From: Eutreptiella sp. 'Long Island Sound 2002'
Taxonomy: Eukaryota; Protista; Euglenida
Length of the DNA stretch: 64,000 nt
Assembly (NCBI GenBank): GCA_964036045.1
Contig: OZ038378.1
Coordinates: 159,092,001 to 159,156,000 of the forward strand
Direction of reading: 5' to 3'
Position numbers and translations under genes: made by a program. Positions within the stretch are counted from its first letter, which is position 1, and every line of letters begins with the position of its first letter. The notes under the pieces are model-generated. The model worked only from the letters and a program-made list of their open reading frames with translations. It was not told where the DNA came from and made no database searches. This document shows, piece by piece, positions 35,704 to 47,300 of the stretch.

Positions 35704-36565
35704 CCGTGCAAACTTTGAAGATTTGCGGAAATATTTAATTCTGTTGACAACGTGTGTTTATACGCAAAAAAAAAACAAATTCAAAAAATGAATTAATTTT
35801 TTAGGGCCAGGCGTTGGAAACGGTAAAAGGGTGCGCAAAAGTGCGCAAAGATTAATTAATTTTGTGTGCGGATGTCCCTGTATTCCTCTTCTTTTGCAGA
35901 CACAATGCTCAGTTTGTAATCATTTTTTCAAGTTATCCCCCATGAAACTGTTGTGGCCCGCTTTGCAGCTGAAGGCCACAGGGCAGAAATCTCTGATTTT
36001 TGTCGTGGAATGGTCCGTGGTCCGGCTTTCCGTCCCCCGTGACAGGCTGGCATTTATTTAGTGTCTCATTATATTGATGGTCACATATGGGGAAAACCAA
36101 CAGTGCATGTGAGTCCCAGTTTCTGTGTCCCGGAAGGTCGGATTTTGTGCATGTGTTTTCCACGTTGCGGTGTAGAAATTGGGACCCTGAAACCGGTGAC
36201 AAGCATCAGACCAAATTTAGAAATTCCCGGCATGGCGGCAGGGGCTGGTAGGTGCAGAAATTGGGACCCTGGGACCAGGGACAAGCAGCATCATCATACC
36301 AGAGCGCCTTCAAAAGCATCCATTCACGAAGAGCATAATCATTTGTACAAAAGAATTTGGTTGCGCAAGATGCACAAAAAAAACGCAAAAAAAGAAATAT
36401 TTTTTGGGTCAAATAGCTGCGCAAAAATTGAAATTTGCAAAAAAAAAATCACAAAAATAAATTAATTTTTCCGAATTCTGGCTGTATGCGCAAAATTTTT
36501 GCATAAAAAATTCAAATCGGCCTGCGCAAAAATTAGGGTTCCGCGAAATTCAAAAGTTTGCACGG
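35704..36565. mobile_element. MITE with TA TSD (pogo/Tc1-like), 862 bp, AT-rich
   Basis: TA|CCGTGCAAACTTTGAAGATTTGCGGAA ... TTCCGCGAAATTCAAAAGTTTGCACGG|TA (about 27-bp imperfect TIR). Confidence 0.85.
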
Positions 36566-37631
36566 TACACCAGCACACGCTTTCATGCCATGGGCAGTGG
36601 AGCCCCATGCAGCCTTGCATTCCACAGACCACTGGCCTGGGGATTAAGTCAAGCTGTTCTTATTGGTGGAAAACTGGCACCAAAAAACGCGGAAAAAGGT
36701 GGTTCTCGAAAAATGTATTGGAGGACATCTCATGTAATGTGGGCAACGTGCACTCTGTATCTTAAGGCAGTAACCTGCAACTGGGGCTGATGTCTGCGAC
36801 TTCCTGCAGACAAGACCCCTTGCCACCCTCGCAGGGAATGTCTCCATGGCGTAAAGGTAGCCTGCCCACACACACACCAGAGGGGTCTCTACTCTGTTTC
36901 TTTCTGTTTCTCTTTTAAGTAAAGACTTCCCCTGTAAAGATTGCCCTATTCCCCTCCAATTTCCATCGTTTACCCTCCAACCGCCTTCTGTCACCCTCCC
37001 ACAGCTCTTGGTTACCTTCCAACCGTCAGGGTCAGTGCAACCAACGCCAGGGTCTGTTCTTTTTGGTGGTTGAAGACCGCCCTGCACACAACACTGAGAT
37101 TCAACTCTTGATCCATGAATACAAAGCGTTTTCGCAGGCCAAGTGTTGGTGCAGAAACTGTGCGCCCTCAGATCACCCCCTCAATTGCTTCTTACAGTCA
37201 CAACCCTGCCCCCCCCGGCAACCCCACCAGTGACCACTGTGACCCCGTTGGCCTGCATTGGTAGATCCGGTCCAGCGTTGACTTGATGGATGCCACGAGG
37301 TGATCCGGAACCACTGGCCTCGTGTTGCATTTCCCATGTAAGTGGTGGGGAGCACCCTCCATGCCGGCTCCGGCATGAACGGGACACCAAGGGGCAGAAG
37401 CAGCACTTGTGAGCAGAACGACAACTGTCCCACTCTCACTAAGTTCAGATATTTTCCCCCAGTGGCTTGGGACACGCAATCTGAACAATTTGTTCCTGAA
37501 AACCGAAACCAGTGCGCAAAACCCGAAGCACCAACCTGCGCATTTACTCAGCTTTTCAGGCAACGCCCCCCCTCCCCAATTCAAGGCCTCGGGGCTCCTG
37601 TCTTTTGACCGATGACCGAATCCATCCACCC

Positions 37632-37988
37632 CAGGGTTTTTCTCAGTGTGTGTCCTACCCTAATGGGGGGGGGGGGGGTTGCGTGGGTGGGTGGGCTTGT
37701 CAGAATTTCTGGTGGGTGGGTTTCCAACCGCCCCCACCCTCCCCCTCCCCTCGTAGGGTAGGCCATTGTGGGGGACTTTGGCTCAGTACCAAAGTCGCTG
37801 GTCAAGGCATCTTGCCTGTGGTAAGGCATTTTGCCTATGGTTGTTGGGTGGGTGTCCAATCGCCCCCCCCCCCCCCCTTGTGGGGGTGGGACATCTGTGG
37901 GTTTGTGGGTTTGCCAAAAATCTTTGATGGGTGGGTTCCTCAAATTACCCTCCGCCCCCCCCCCCCCCGGTGGTCAAGAATACCCCTG
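37632..37988. mobile_element. hAT-type MITE (357 bp), family 1, older copy
   Basis: CAGGGTTTTTCT...AAGAATACCCCTG; degenerate TSD ATCCACCC / ACCCGCCC (6/8). The body is homologous to both ends of 16810-19765. Confidence 0.7.
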
Positions 37989-38023
37989 ACCCGCCCTCCG
38001 CTCTTTTGTGCCTCCTGCCGCAG

Positions 38024-38414
38024 GGTCCGGCCACGCCAGCCCCTGAACCCGCCACGCCCTCCCCTCTCAAGGGCGCGGAGGCCCCCAAACGCAAGGCGCG
38101 GAAGTCCAAGAAGGCCCGGAATGTGGCCGCCCCCATGGAGGCCGCCCCGGCGCCGGCCGCCGCATGGCCCTCCAGCGTGCCCCCCATGAGCCCCATCCGC
38201 ATCACCACCACCGCCACGGCCCCCGCAACCTCCACCATCGCAACCCAAACCTCCGCCGCGGAGGGCGGCGCCCCAATGAATCGTGGAACCCCCTGCCCGA
38301 GCGGCCCCAGGGGCTGGGACAACCCCGCAGCCGCAGCGGACGGGATGGCCGGGCATGCGGCCCCACCCGCGCAGACCGGCACAGAAAGGGAAGTGGCGGG
38401 GCCCAGGCGGACAG
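38024..38414 (+). CDS. Gene B exon (phase 0 to 1)
   Basis: CTCCTGCCGCAG| acceptor; GPATPAPEPATPSPLKGAEAPKRKARKSKKAR (basic NLS-like stretch)...GPRRT; ACAG|GTGCTG donor. Confidence 0.7.
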
Positions 38415-39679
38415 GTGCTGTTCCTCTCCTGCGGCAACCCCGCGGCTGATTTCGGATGTGCAAACCGGGGCCAAAGGCGTAGATCTGCATTTGGGAATGC
38501 CAGTTCCCGAGGGGGAGTTGTGGTGACGCAACGCGTTTGAAGGAGGTGTTTCGGGGCGGCACCCAATGAAGTCGTGCCGGGGCGGCAATCACTGGAAATA
38601 TGACCCGAGCCCCCCCCCCCCCCCCAAACCCCGCCCACCTCCCAAAAGAACACAATTTTTTCACCCAACATGTATACCTCAACATCATCAGCGCGCTACG
38701 GCGATCATTTTGAGGGATGGTATGTTGGAGTACCAATGTTTGGGGGAGGGCCGGGGGGCCACTGGACATGTGAGCCTCGAAGGGTGGTGCGTGGGGGGGA
38801 CGGCCTGAGGACGGAGGTGTGGGGACAGCAAAAACAGTCAAACAACCCCCACAACAACCAGCACATCCTCAATACGCCAACTACTGGGCACCGCTGACGC
38901 GCAAACGGCACACCATGCCACATTCAGCACAGCCCCGGCACACCAACCACTGGGCCCTGAAAATACGGAAACGACACCAGCAGGAGCACCGGCCGCAGCG
39001 GCCGACAGAAAGCAGCGACCCGACGCAACATGTGAAGGGAAGAACGGGTGACTGTCCAGGGCCCCGTAAAGAAACAACAACCCGACGGAATGTCACACGG
39101 GGGGTGGAGGCAAAAGCGGATGCCCCCCCGGCAAACCTTTGTTGCCCATCCCTGCACTGAGGGGGACTTCAGGGGAAGTGGGCGCGGTGGGGCTGGTGAT
39201 GCTGCGAGGGTGAGCAGTGGGGCCATTCCACTCGAACCTGCAGAGCCGCGTTTCCGCACCCCCACTCCTGACGGGCACAAACGACGTCAACCAACAAAAA
39301 AGCGGGTCGTGGAAGCCCCCCAAGAGTCTCTGCCAGGGCCCTGGGACGGCGGGGCAGGGGCAGCCGGGCAACACAGGGTATACGTCGGTGGGGCCCACCG
39401 AAGACTGATGGGTTTGGGAAACAACGTGCAATGAGTCCAAGTGATGAGGGCGGGGGCCGGCACCGGGACGGCGGCGCCCCTCGGCCTCAAACTCCCGGAC
39501 GGGGGGGTTCGTGGGGGCAGTACGGACCCCACATGCGATGGCGAACTGTGGGGGTTTGCCGGACTGGCCGGGGACGTGAAGTGGTGGCCCCTGAAAAGCC
39601 GGCCATTGTCGGCTGGTCAGAAATGTTCCATTGTTCCAGTCGGCCAGTTCGGCTCGCAAAGTTCATCAAAGGCACCTGA

Positions 39680-39970
39680 GGGAAAGGTGGCAGGCAAGGC
39701 TGTGGAAAAATGGGGGAAATGGGACAGGGGAAACTGGGAATTTTGTCCCAAATGGTCTCATTTTTCTCCGATTTTCCCTCCAATTTCCTACGAATTTCAC
39801 ACATTTTTTCTACATCTCCCACTCGGTTTTTTTGGCACTTTCTCACATTTCCCCATTTACCCCCTTTCCCCTCCATTTTCCCCCATTTCCCCCCCATTTC
39901 CCCCCATTTCCCCCATTTCCCCCCATTTTTCCATTTCCCCAATTTTCCCCATTTTCCCCATTTTCCCTAA
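39680..39970 (+). repeat. Low-complexity CCCCATTT-type repeat element
   Basis: Direct reading. Confidence 0.7.
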
Positions 39971-40577
39971 CCTCTGCGGCTAGTTGGCTAAATTTGGCTG
40001 CAGCTAACGCCGATGCCTTGAGTCACGCTCCCCTTGTGAAACCTTCTGGACACCGATTGGGTGCGGGTGCGCCCTTGTCTCTCATGCACTGAAGGCGCAG
40101 ACCAGCCTGTGGAGGCCTTGCAAGGGCTTCAAACCCTGCTTCCGGACGGGCACCCATTTGGTCTGCAGCCAGCACCACTGCTTTTGTTTGAGAGACGGCG
40201 CCGCTTGCTGCCGCCATCAAGGACAAAGACTCAAAGCACGACGCTTGCCTTCGCTTGCCGGGCGCACTATTATACGGGGCACAGTGTGCACAGGGGGCAC
40301 GGCACGGGAACATGCTTGCCCACGCTTCCCTGGGTCATGGTAGGCGTTGCCTGTGGCTGTCGTTTGTTTGCCCCAGCGACGGTAATTTTCCTTGTTCGGG
40401 TTCTGCTTTAGGTATTGAGCCTGTGCCCGTTTTGCTCTGCATTTGTACACATCCCTGTGGCATCCTTGCCACACACTGCCACCCCCCGTCACCTCCCACC
40501 TGATTGACTAGCCCACCAACGCTTCGTTGTCTTTAACCCTGTCCTGGTTCTGAAGTTGTCCACGTGTACTGTTTGTA

Positions 40578-41072
40578 CCCCTTTGTCCTGCCCCACCCCT
40601 TGTCCTTCCCCAGGGGCGGGTCCCGGACTGTCACTTGGTCAACGCAAAATTTTTTGTTATGGCTCAGTGTGTTGTTGTGTGGGTGACTGTGTTGTGAGGC
40701 ACTGCAACTTGTATCCCTTGTACTCTTGGCAGGACATTTTGCTCACTTTCGCTGAAATGGAACTTGACAGCACACCCATGTTTACACCTGGGACAAATGT
40801 AATGTTCATCCGCTCCACAGGGGAAGCTGTTTTGGCGCAGGTCGTTGGATATTCAGAGCACGGTGATGCATATCGCCGCATCTCTTATGAGTGTGCTGCC
40901 ACTGTACTCTTTCCTTTTGCAGTGCAACTTCTGTGCCTGAAAATGTGCGTGTACGGTGGCAGTGCGGTTCCCCAGGGGGGGGGGGGGGGTGCATCACTTG
41001 GCAACCGTCCCCCAGGGGGTGGCAGGGGACCGTCTTCCCTGGGGTGGGGCAGGACAAGGTGGGGGGTAGGGG
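40578..41072. mobile_element. Possible TA-TSD element enclosing a Tudor/SH3-like ORF fragment
   Basis: 17-bp inverted repeat TTGTCCTGCCCCACCCC / GGGGTGGGGCAGGACAA inside TA|CCCCT...AGGGG|TA. Internal frame MELDSTPMFTPGTNVMFIRSTGEAVLAQVVGYSEHGDAYRRISYE. Confidence 0.4.
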
Positions 41073-41395
41073 TAATTTGGTTGGCCGAGGGACTCGGTTC
41101 ACTGGTCGGTGGCCCGCCAGCGGTCGTTGGCGGTGGACCGCTGGACCTTACTGGGGGAGTATTAGCGCGCCGGGCATCTTTTGTTTACCATTCCCCACCC
41201 GGGGGCAAGGAAGGTTTGCAGTCCAGTGTGGCCTACTTGGGGACTTCCCCAGGTGGGGATAAACTTGGGGCTAGAGATAGAATGCTGCAGACAAAGGCAG
41301 CACGCCGGGCATGTGCTGGGCAAACATTCCCCCACTGCATTGTACGTCGTCCTCATGTCACCGGACGTCCCAACTTGTGTGCCATGTTGTGCCAG

Positions 41396-41596
41396 GGTCG
41401 CCTGCGGAACGCCTGCCCCAGTGTCCCCGCACGCCGCCGAGGACCGCGTACGCCCCCATCCGTTACGCCCGCGACAGCCCCAAGCAGGACGGCTCTACGC
41501 AAGGCCTGGCAGCCCCCGAGAGGACGCCGGACGGCCCCACGTTCAAGGCGGCCAAGTGGTTGCAGACCTCACCGGACCGGGACAGTCAAGAGACAG
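41396..41596 (+). CDS. Gene B exon (phase 1 to 1)
   Basis: TTGTGCCAG| acceptor; GSPAERLPQCPRTPPRTAYAPIRYARDSPKQ...DRDSQET; ACAG|GTCTGC donor. Confidence 0.65.
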
Positions 41597-41668
41597 GTCT
41601 GCTCGTGCCCCCTGCTCCAAGGGGTAATGCGTTTTTTTTTTTGATGAAGCAGAGTCTGGACACGTGGT

Positions 41669-42001
41669 AGCCCAGGGGGGCTGGGGTTGGCGTCCGGATT
41701 GTTCTCAATTTTTCCGCAATTTTCCGCAATTTTCCGCAATTTTCCGCAACTTCCCGCAATTTTCCGCGATTTTCCGCAATTTTTCGTAATTTTCTGCAAT
41801 TTTCCGCAATTTTCCTTTTCCTTTTCGCTTGTCCCCCTTGCGTGCTTGTTGGTGCCCTGTGTGTCCCCTCTGCTGAGCTGTTGCTCCTTGAGGCTTCGGG
41901 GGCTTTGGTTGAGGCACCGCAATTTCCCTGCAATTTCCCCGCCATTTTTCGCAATTGGATTTGACGCTCCCTGACCGCAATCCCCCCCCCCCCCCCGGTC
42001 A
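41669..42001. mobile_element. Short insertion with a 10-bp flanking direct repeat (Mutator-like TSD length) containing a CAATTTTCCG 10-mer array
   Basis: GACACGTGGT at 41659-41668 and 42002-42011; G-rich left end and C-rich right end. Confidence 0.6.
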
Positions 42002-42897
42002 GACACGTGGTTTCGCGATTGGCGGTCATCCGGCGGCTGATGATCAACCGGTGGCGGTCGGCTGGCAACCCCCGGCGGTTGCCGCACCCCATGTTACAGG
42101 ATCGGTTCGCCTACGAATGGGGGATGATGGCCAGGGTTGTGCAGCCACGGTCCCCTCCTCCGCTTTCATGCCGAGGGGGCACGGCGTTTCACTGCCGCAT
42201 GCCCGCGATGCCTCCGTGCGCCGTGCGTGTCCGCGCGCGTGCGGGCGGGCACCGGGCGCGGGATACCCCCCTCCGTTTGCAGTGGTCGTGCCTGTGGTTC
42301 GCATGCGGATGTCTGATTTCATCGCGGCTTTGCTCTGCTGTTGTAGTGGGACGGGGGCTGTGCCGCTCATTGAAGTAGTCAATTCGCTTTTTCGCTTTCC
42401 CTCTTCTGTTTTCTCTCCACGCGCCGGCAACTTGCCTCGTTTTGGCCGCTGCGGTTGGGGTGTTGGACGCTCCGTGTTGCCTATTCCAGCCGCCACGGGC
42501 CTCAGCCCAACCTCCCCTACCCCCCAACAGCCACAGCGCTCGCAGCGGAACCGCATCCCTGTCTCCGTGCGGTCGCGCGCACGCCTGCGGGCGGGCGGGC
42601 GCGCGTGCGCGTCTTGTCCGTGCGTTTGCCCGGTGGCGTGCGCGTGTGCGCGCGCGTTTCTGAGTGTCCACCCTTTTTCGAACGGCGCCCCGCCTCTTGA
42701 CTTCATGACACGATCGATGGTCTCTGTCATTGTCTTGTTTGGATTGCTCTGCGGCCTGACGACGTGTTCCCGGTGCCAACGCCCCCACTGTCCCTGCGAC
42801 GCCGTGCGACGCCCCCGGCCAAACAGGGGGCGTCGCGTTGGCTCCCGCACGAGTGCGTGCGCGCGCGTCCGTCGAGCGCCGCTCCGCTCTCCCGCAG

Positions 42898-43349
42898 ATC
42901 CCGCCGTCGAAAGCCTGTTCCGGACCCTCGTCAATCCGGCCCTCGCCGAGCGCGCCCCCGCGCGGCGCTCCTCCGCGGCCGGCCAAGCCCCGGACACCCC
43001 CGCCCCGCCCTCCCCTGCCTGGCCCCTGCGCGCGGCCCCCGAAGGGACCGGCCCCTGGGACTCGCCGAGGGCCGCGGCGGCCCCGGGGCCCGGGCGGAGC
43101 ACCGAGTTCATTGAGACGTGGATCGACGCGGCGCAGGGGCAGCACGGCCCCGTGGGCGGGAAGGCGCCGGCGGCGGCGGCGGGGCACTGGGAGGGCCTGT
43201 CCGCGTGGGGGCGGTCGGACCCCAAGCAGCTCGAGGGCGACGCGGACATTGGGGCGGAGCTGCGGCAGGGGCTACTGGGCCTGCCCCCGCTGCTGCCGCT
43301 GGAGGGCCTGGGCGGGGGGGACGAGGGCGAGGGGGGCGTGTTCCTCTGA
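42898..43349 (+). CDS. Gene B terminal exon
   Basis: CTCTCCCGCAG| acceptor (phase 1); DPAVESLFRTLVNPALAE...STEFIETWIDAAQ...GGVFL*. Confidence 0.7.
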
Positions 43350-44002
43350 TTCCGTCGGGGCAGTGCCCCCCCCCCCCCCCGCTCCTCCCCCACTGCCAAG
43401 CGCGGCCCCCCGGGCACCCTCCTTCTCTGGAAGTGGGGGGGGCTGTGGAAGGCCCCCTTTTGGGGGGGGCGGGGGTCACAGGGAATCTGTTTTCCGGGAC
43501 CTGCGCGCCGTGCGTCTTTTCAACGCCCCGTCCTCCCGCTGCGCCGCAGCGCTACACGGGCCGTGTGGGTGGGGCCCCCCGGAAGCCGGATTTCGGAGGG
43601 GGCCCGTGACGCTGGCAAAGGTCCTGCATGACAAGCGTTTGCTGTTGGGCACGGCCCCGGGCACTGTTCTCCCATCCCTCAGCCTCGGCATTCCGCCCTC
43701 GTCACACCACTGCGCCCCCCCCCACCGCCACGCAGCTCTGAGACTTGGCCGATGAGATCCCTTTGCGCCCCCTCTCTCGCAGCAGCCGACATGCCTCTGT
43801 GCGTGCCCCTGTGGTACCGCCCGCCCATGCCTGACTCCCCTTTGCCGCGGCGGTGCGGAACGGTGGTCGTGAATGGGGCTTTGTCCGGCAGCACCCCTGA
43901 AGCGGTGCGGAGGTGCAAGGGGACCTCTGCAGGAAACAGTCCTTTCCCTTCGCCGGGTTGCCTCGCTACGGTGGCCGGTGCTCCAGCAGTGAAGCTCTGT
44001 AG

Positions 44003-44327
<325 letters not shown>

Positions 44328-47300
44328 TTTCCCTCTGTCCGTCCGTCTGTCTGGCTGTCCGGGAAACGTCCGGGAAACGTCCGGAAAACGTCCGCGAACA
44401 TCCGGGAAGCGTCCGCCGACATCCGCAGAGTGTCTGGCTGCCTCTGAGCGCCGCCGAAGGGCCGCAAGCGGTAATCCGTGCGAATTCCGGGATTGCAGCC
44501 GCACACTGAACGGCGCCGAATGAATGAGTTGTCGGCGAGGGTCGGCGAGGGGCGTTGGGCGTTTCTGAGGGTGGGTGAGGGGGGGATCGCTGGAGGTCCG
44601 GCATGTCCGTTGCATCGGCGGAGCAGCAGGGCCCCGCCCGGACGGCACGCTGGTCAGGCTGAACAACCTGCCCACACCCCCCGAATTCCCCAACGAAGTG
44701 AAGGCCGCGTCCCGGCGTGTCCAGCCCCCCACCCAAGCGTGACTGGGACCATGCGGCCCTGCAGTGGCCGCAGGGCTCGTGGTAGTGCCCGGCCCTGCGT
44801 GCAGCTGGGTCATCCAGGGCACACGTGTACGGCCTGCCGGGCCTGACACGGGACGCACCAGGGGCACTGGGCCAGAGCGGGGACTACTGAGCCGCGCGGC
44901 CTCGGGTTCTCATGGGTTGCCGCGCGCGCACACCCCCGGCACCGTCACTGCGCACGCGATGTCTCCGGCCGCGTGCTATAAACTTGTTCCCCCTGCGTGG
45001 CCTCCTCTGGGTCGATTTTTTACTAGCCAGTAGGTGGACTAGCCCTGTTGGGTTCCAAGAGCGTCATTATTGGTGATTGGTGGATGTACTAGTGTCCTTT
45101 CTGTGTTATTCTTTGATCATCAAAATTGTTTTCATTGGATGGTGAGGAATTGGGTGCAGCCTGGTCTGAGTTGATTCAAGCGCCTTCTTTCCCGATTTTG
45201 GTGCCTCTAAATACTGCATTCTGACCATCCCGCATCACAGCCTGGCGTCTTGCTGAAGCATTGCCGGGCCCTCTGTTGGTGAAGGGTTCAGGTTGTGGCC
45301 CGTCGTCCGGGACGGAAGTGAAGGAAGGGCCGGCCCGTTTTCCGGCGCAAGGCTACAACGTCCCTTTGCCCCAAACTTGGGCCTCTTTGCGCACGACCGC
45401 CGTCGGTCTGCACTCAGGGGTGCGGCAGGGGCAGGCGGGGGAGGCAAGGGTTGAGGAAAGGGGCAGACGGTGCACGCGTAGTTCATGATGCTGCTGGTGG
45501 GTATTCGCATCATTCAAAGAATGGAGGCCCATCTGCCCTGTCGTCATTGCCCCCACCCCCACCCCCACCCTCTCTCTCCCTCCCCCACGCCCCCGTAGGT
45601 ACTACCGGCCTTCCCTTGGGCCCTTTTCTTGGTCTCCCTTTTTGCGTTCGCCCAGCCCGGCCAAGCCCACCTCCTAGTCAGTCATTTGCATGCCAAGGTC
45701 TTGGGTAAAACATGCCACAGATCTGTGCCGAAGGGGGCAGAGGGGGTCACGGCGCAAACTCTTACCTCCGATGCCGTGGGCGAAGACATTTGCAGGTTGA
45801 CCATTGATTGAGTCCTTGCTAATCACCGGTAGATTGGCTTCCAACTGCCCTTTTTATCTTTTGTTGGGGTTGCGGGGCTTGGCATACTAATTTCCATGGG
45901 CCCTCCCCCATTCCTCAGCCCCATGATGGATTCCCTGCCAGGGTACGTTCTGGAATGATGCTTGGGAGCTAAGGCCTTTTTGCACCTGGAAAGGTCTTCC
46001 CCATGCATCTTCCCCCTGTCGAGTGGTCCTCAGGAGCGAGAGTGCCATCTCATTTCCCCTACATGCCGCCTGATGGGGAATGTGTGGCTGTCCGCCCCGG
46101 AAATGTTCTATAGCAAAGTACACAAGAAGAACTGATGTCAGTACGGTGGAAGTGTATCGCCTCAAACCGAACCTGACAGTGTGGGGCCGCCCTCCTACAC
46201 TGTTTATTGCCCGAGAGCACAGTAGTGCACAAGGTGCGCTAGGCCACACAAAAGCGCATCGCCTCAAATACCATGTCTGCACTTTGTTGCGGATGCAAGC
46301 ATTGATCCCCAACCCTAATCAACCCAATCTCAGCTCCTGAACGTAGGGCCCATTTAAAATGGTTGTTCGGTACCGATCTCAGGCCGAAAATGATTGCCAC
46401 AGTGACCCTTGATGGTGCACACTTCTGTGGACTGCATGTGCTAAAAAATAAGATTGCCAGAGTGTCTACTGTGTTTAGCAGGCCTCAGGTGGTTGCAACG
46501 TGGAGCGGTGCACGCCTGACGTGGCATACTATTGACTGATTTCCCCAGCCTTTCCCCAGTTTCCTGCGCCTGTGGTGGGCATCTGGATGGCTGCACTGTG
46601 AAATCCCATGTGTGCTGCCCATATGTATGAGGGGGCCTTCGCAAGTGCTTCTAGGGTTTATTTGGCTTGTTTGGGCACCATGTTTCTGGAGCGGATGGCC
46701 TCAGGGGCTTCCTTTTGGCAATCAGGTCTGGGGCTGAAGGCTTGGGCGGATCATGCGAGGCATATGGTGGGGCGTTGCGGATGTAATGGGCATAGGTAGT
46801 ATGTAGTAGTATGTAGTAGTCGGCAGTCGTAGATCTTGTGAAGGCTGGTTTTGGACCGAGCTTTTGGCTTGATGGCATGGATGGTTGGGGTCTGTCAGAA
46901 GGTTGCGCATGAGATTGTCTTTGTCTTTTGTACGCATGCTCTTTGCTTGATCCTCGGATGGGTAAACAAAGATCTTGCAGGCCAGCGAGAGAGTTGAGAG
47001 GGTCAGTTGCTGATACCAAGCCATGGTCTTTTTTGCTCTCTCTCCCTGATTTCCAATATGGGCACCTGATGTGTTTTTCCTGCTGTACACAATTTTCCTG
47101 CTGTACACAAGATCAGGTTTGCCGCTGTCATTCGGCCTGCAAGTATCTCCATACCGCCCACATGTACATGTGCACACGCGTAACCCCAGACTGCAGAGAC
47201 CCCCGCTGCATGGTGGCTCATGTCATACATTTCGCCCGGCATACACTCTGATACCCTTGTGTACATACCAGAGCAACCCCCAAAACGGTTACATTTCTTG

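Noticed and set aside
39172-39420. Additional gene B exon
   Set aside because: The protein-like frame is not phase-compatible with the flanking exons using any GT-AG pair I could find.
41955-42897. 464-aa single-exon ORF
   Set aside because: The 5' part is very GC-rich repeat/intron sequence; a good phase-matched acceptor at 42897 explains the coding 3' part.
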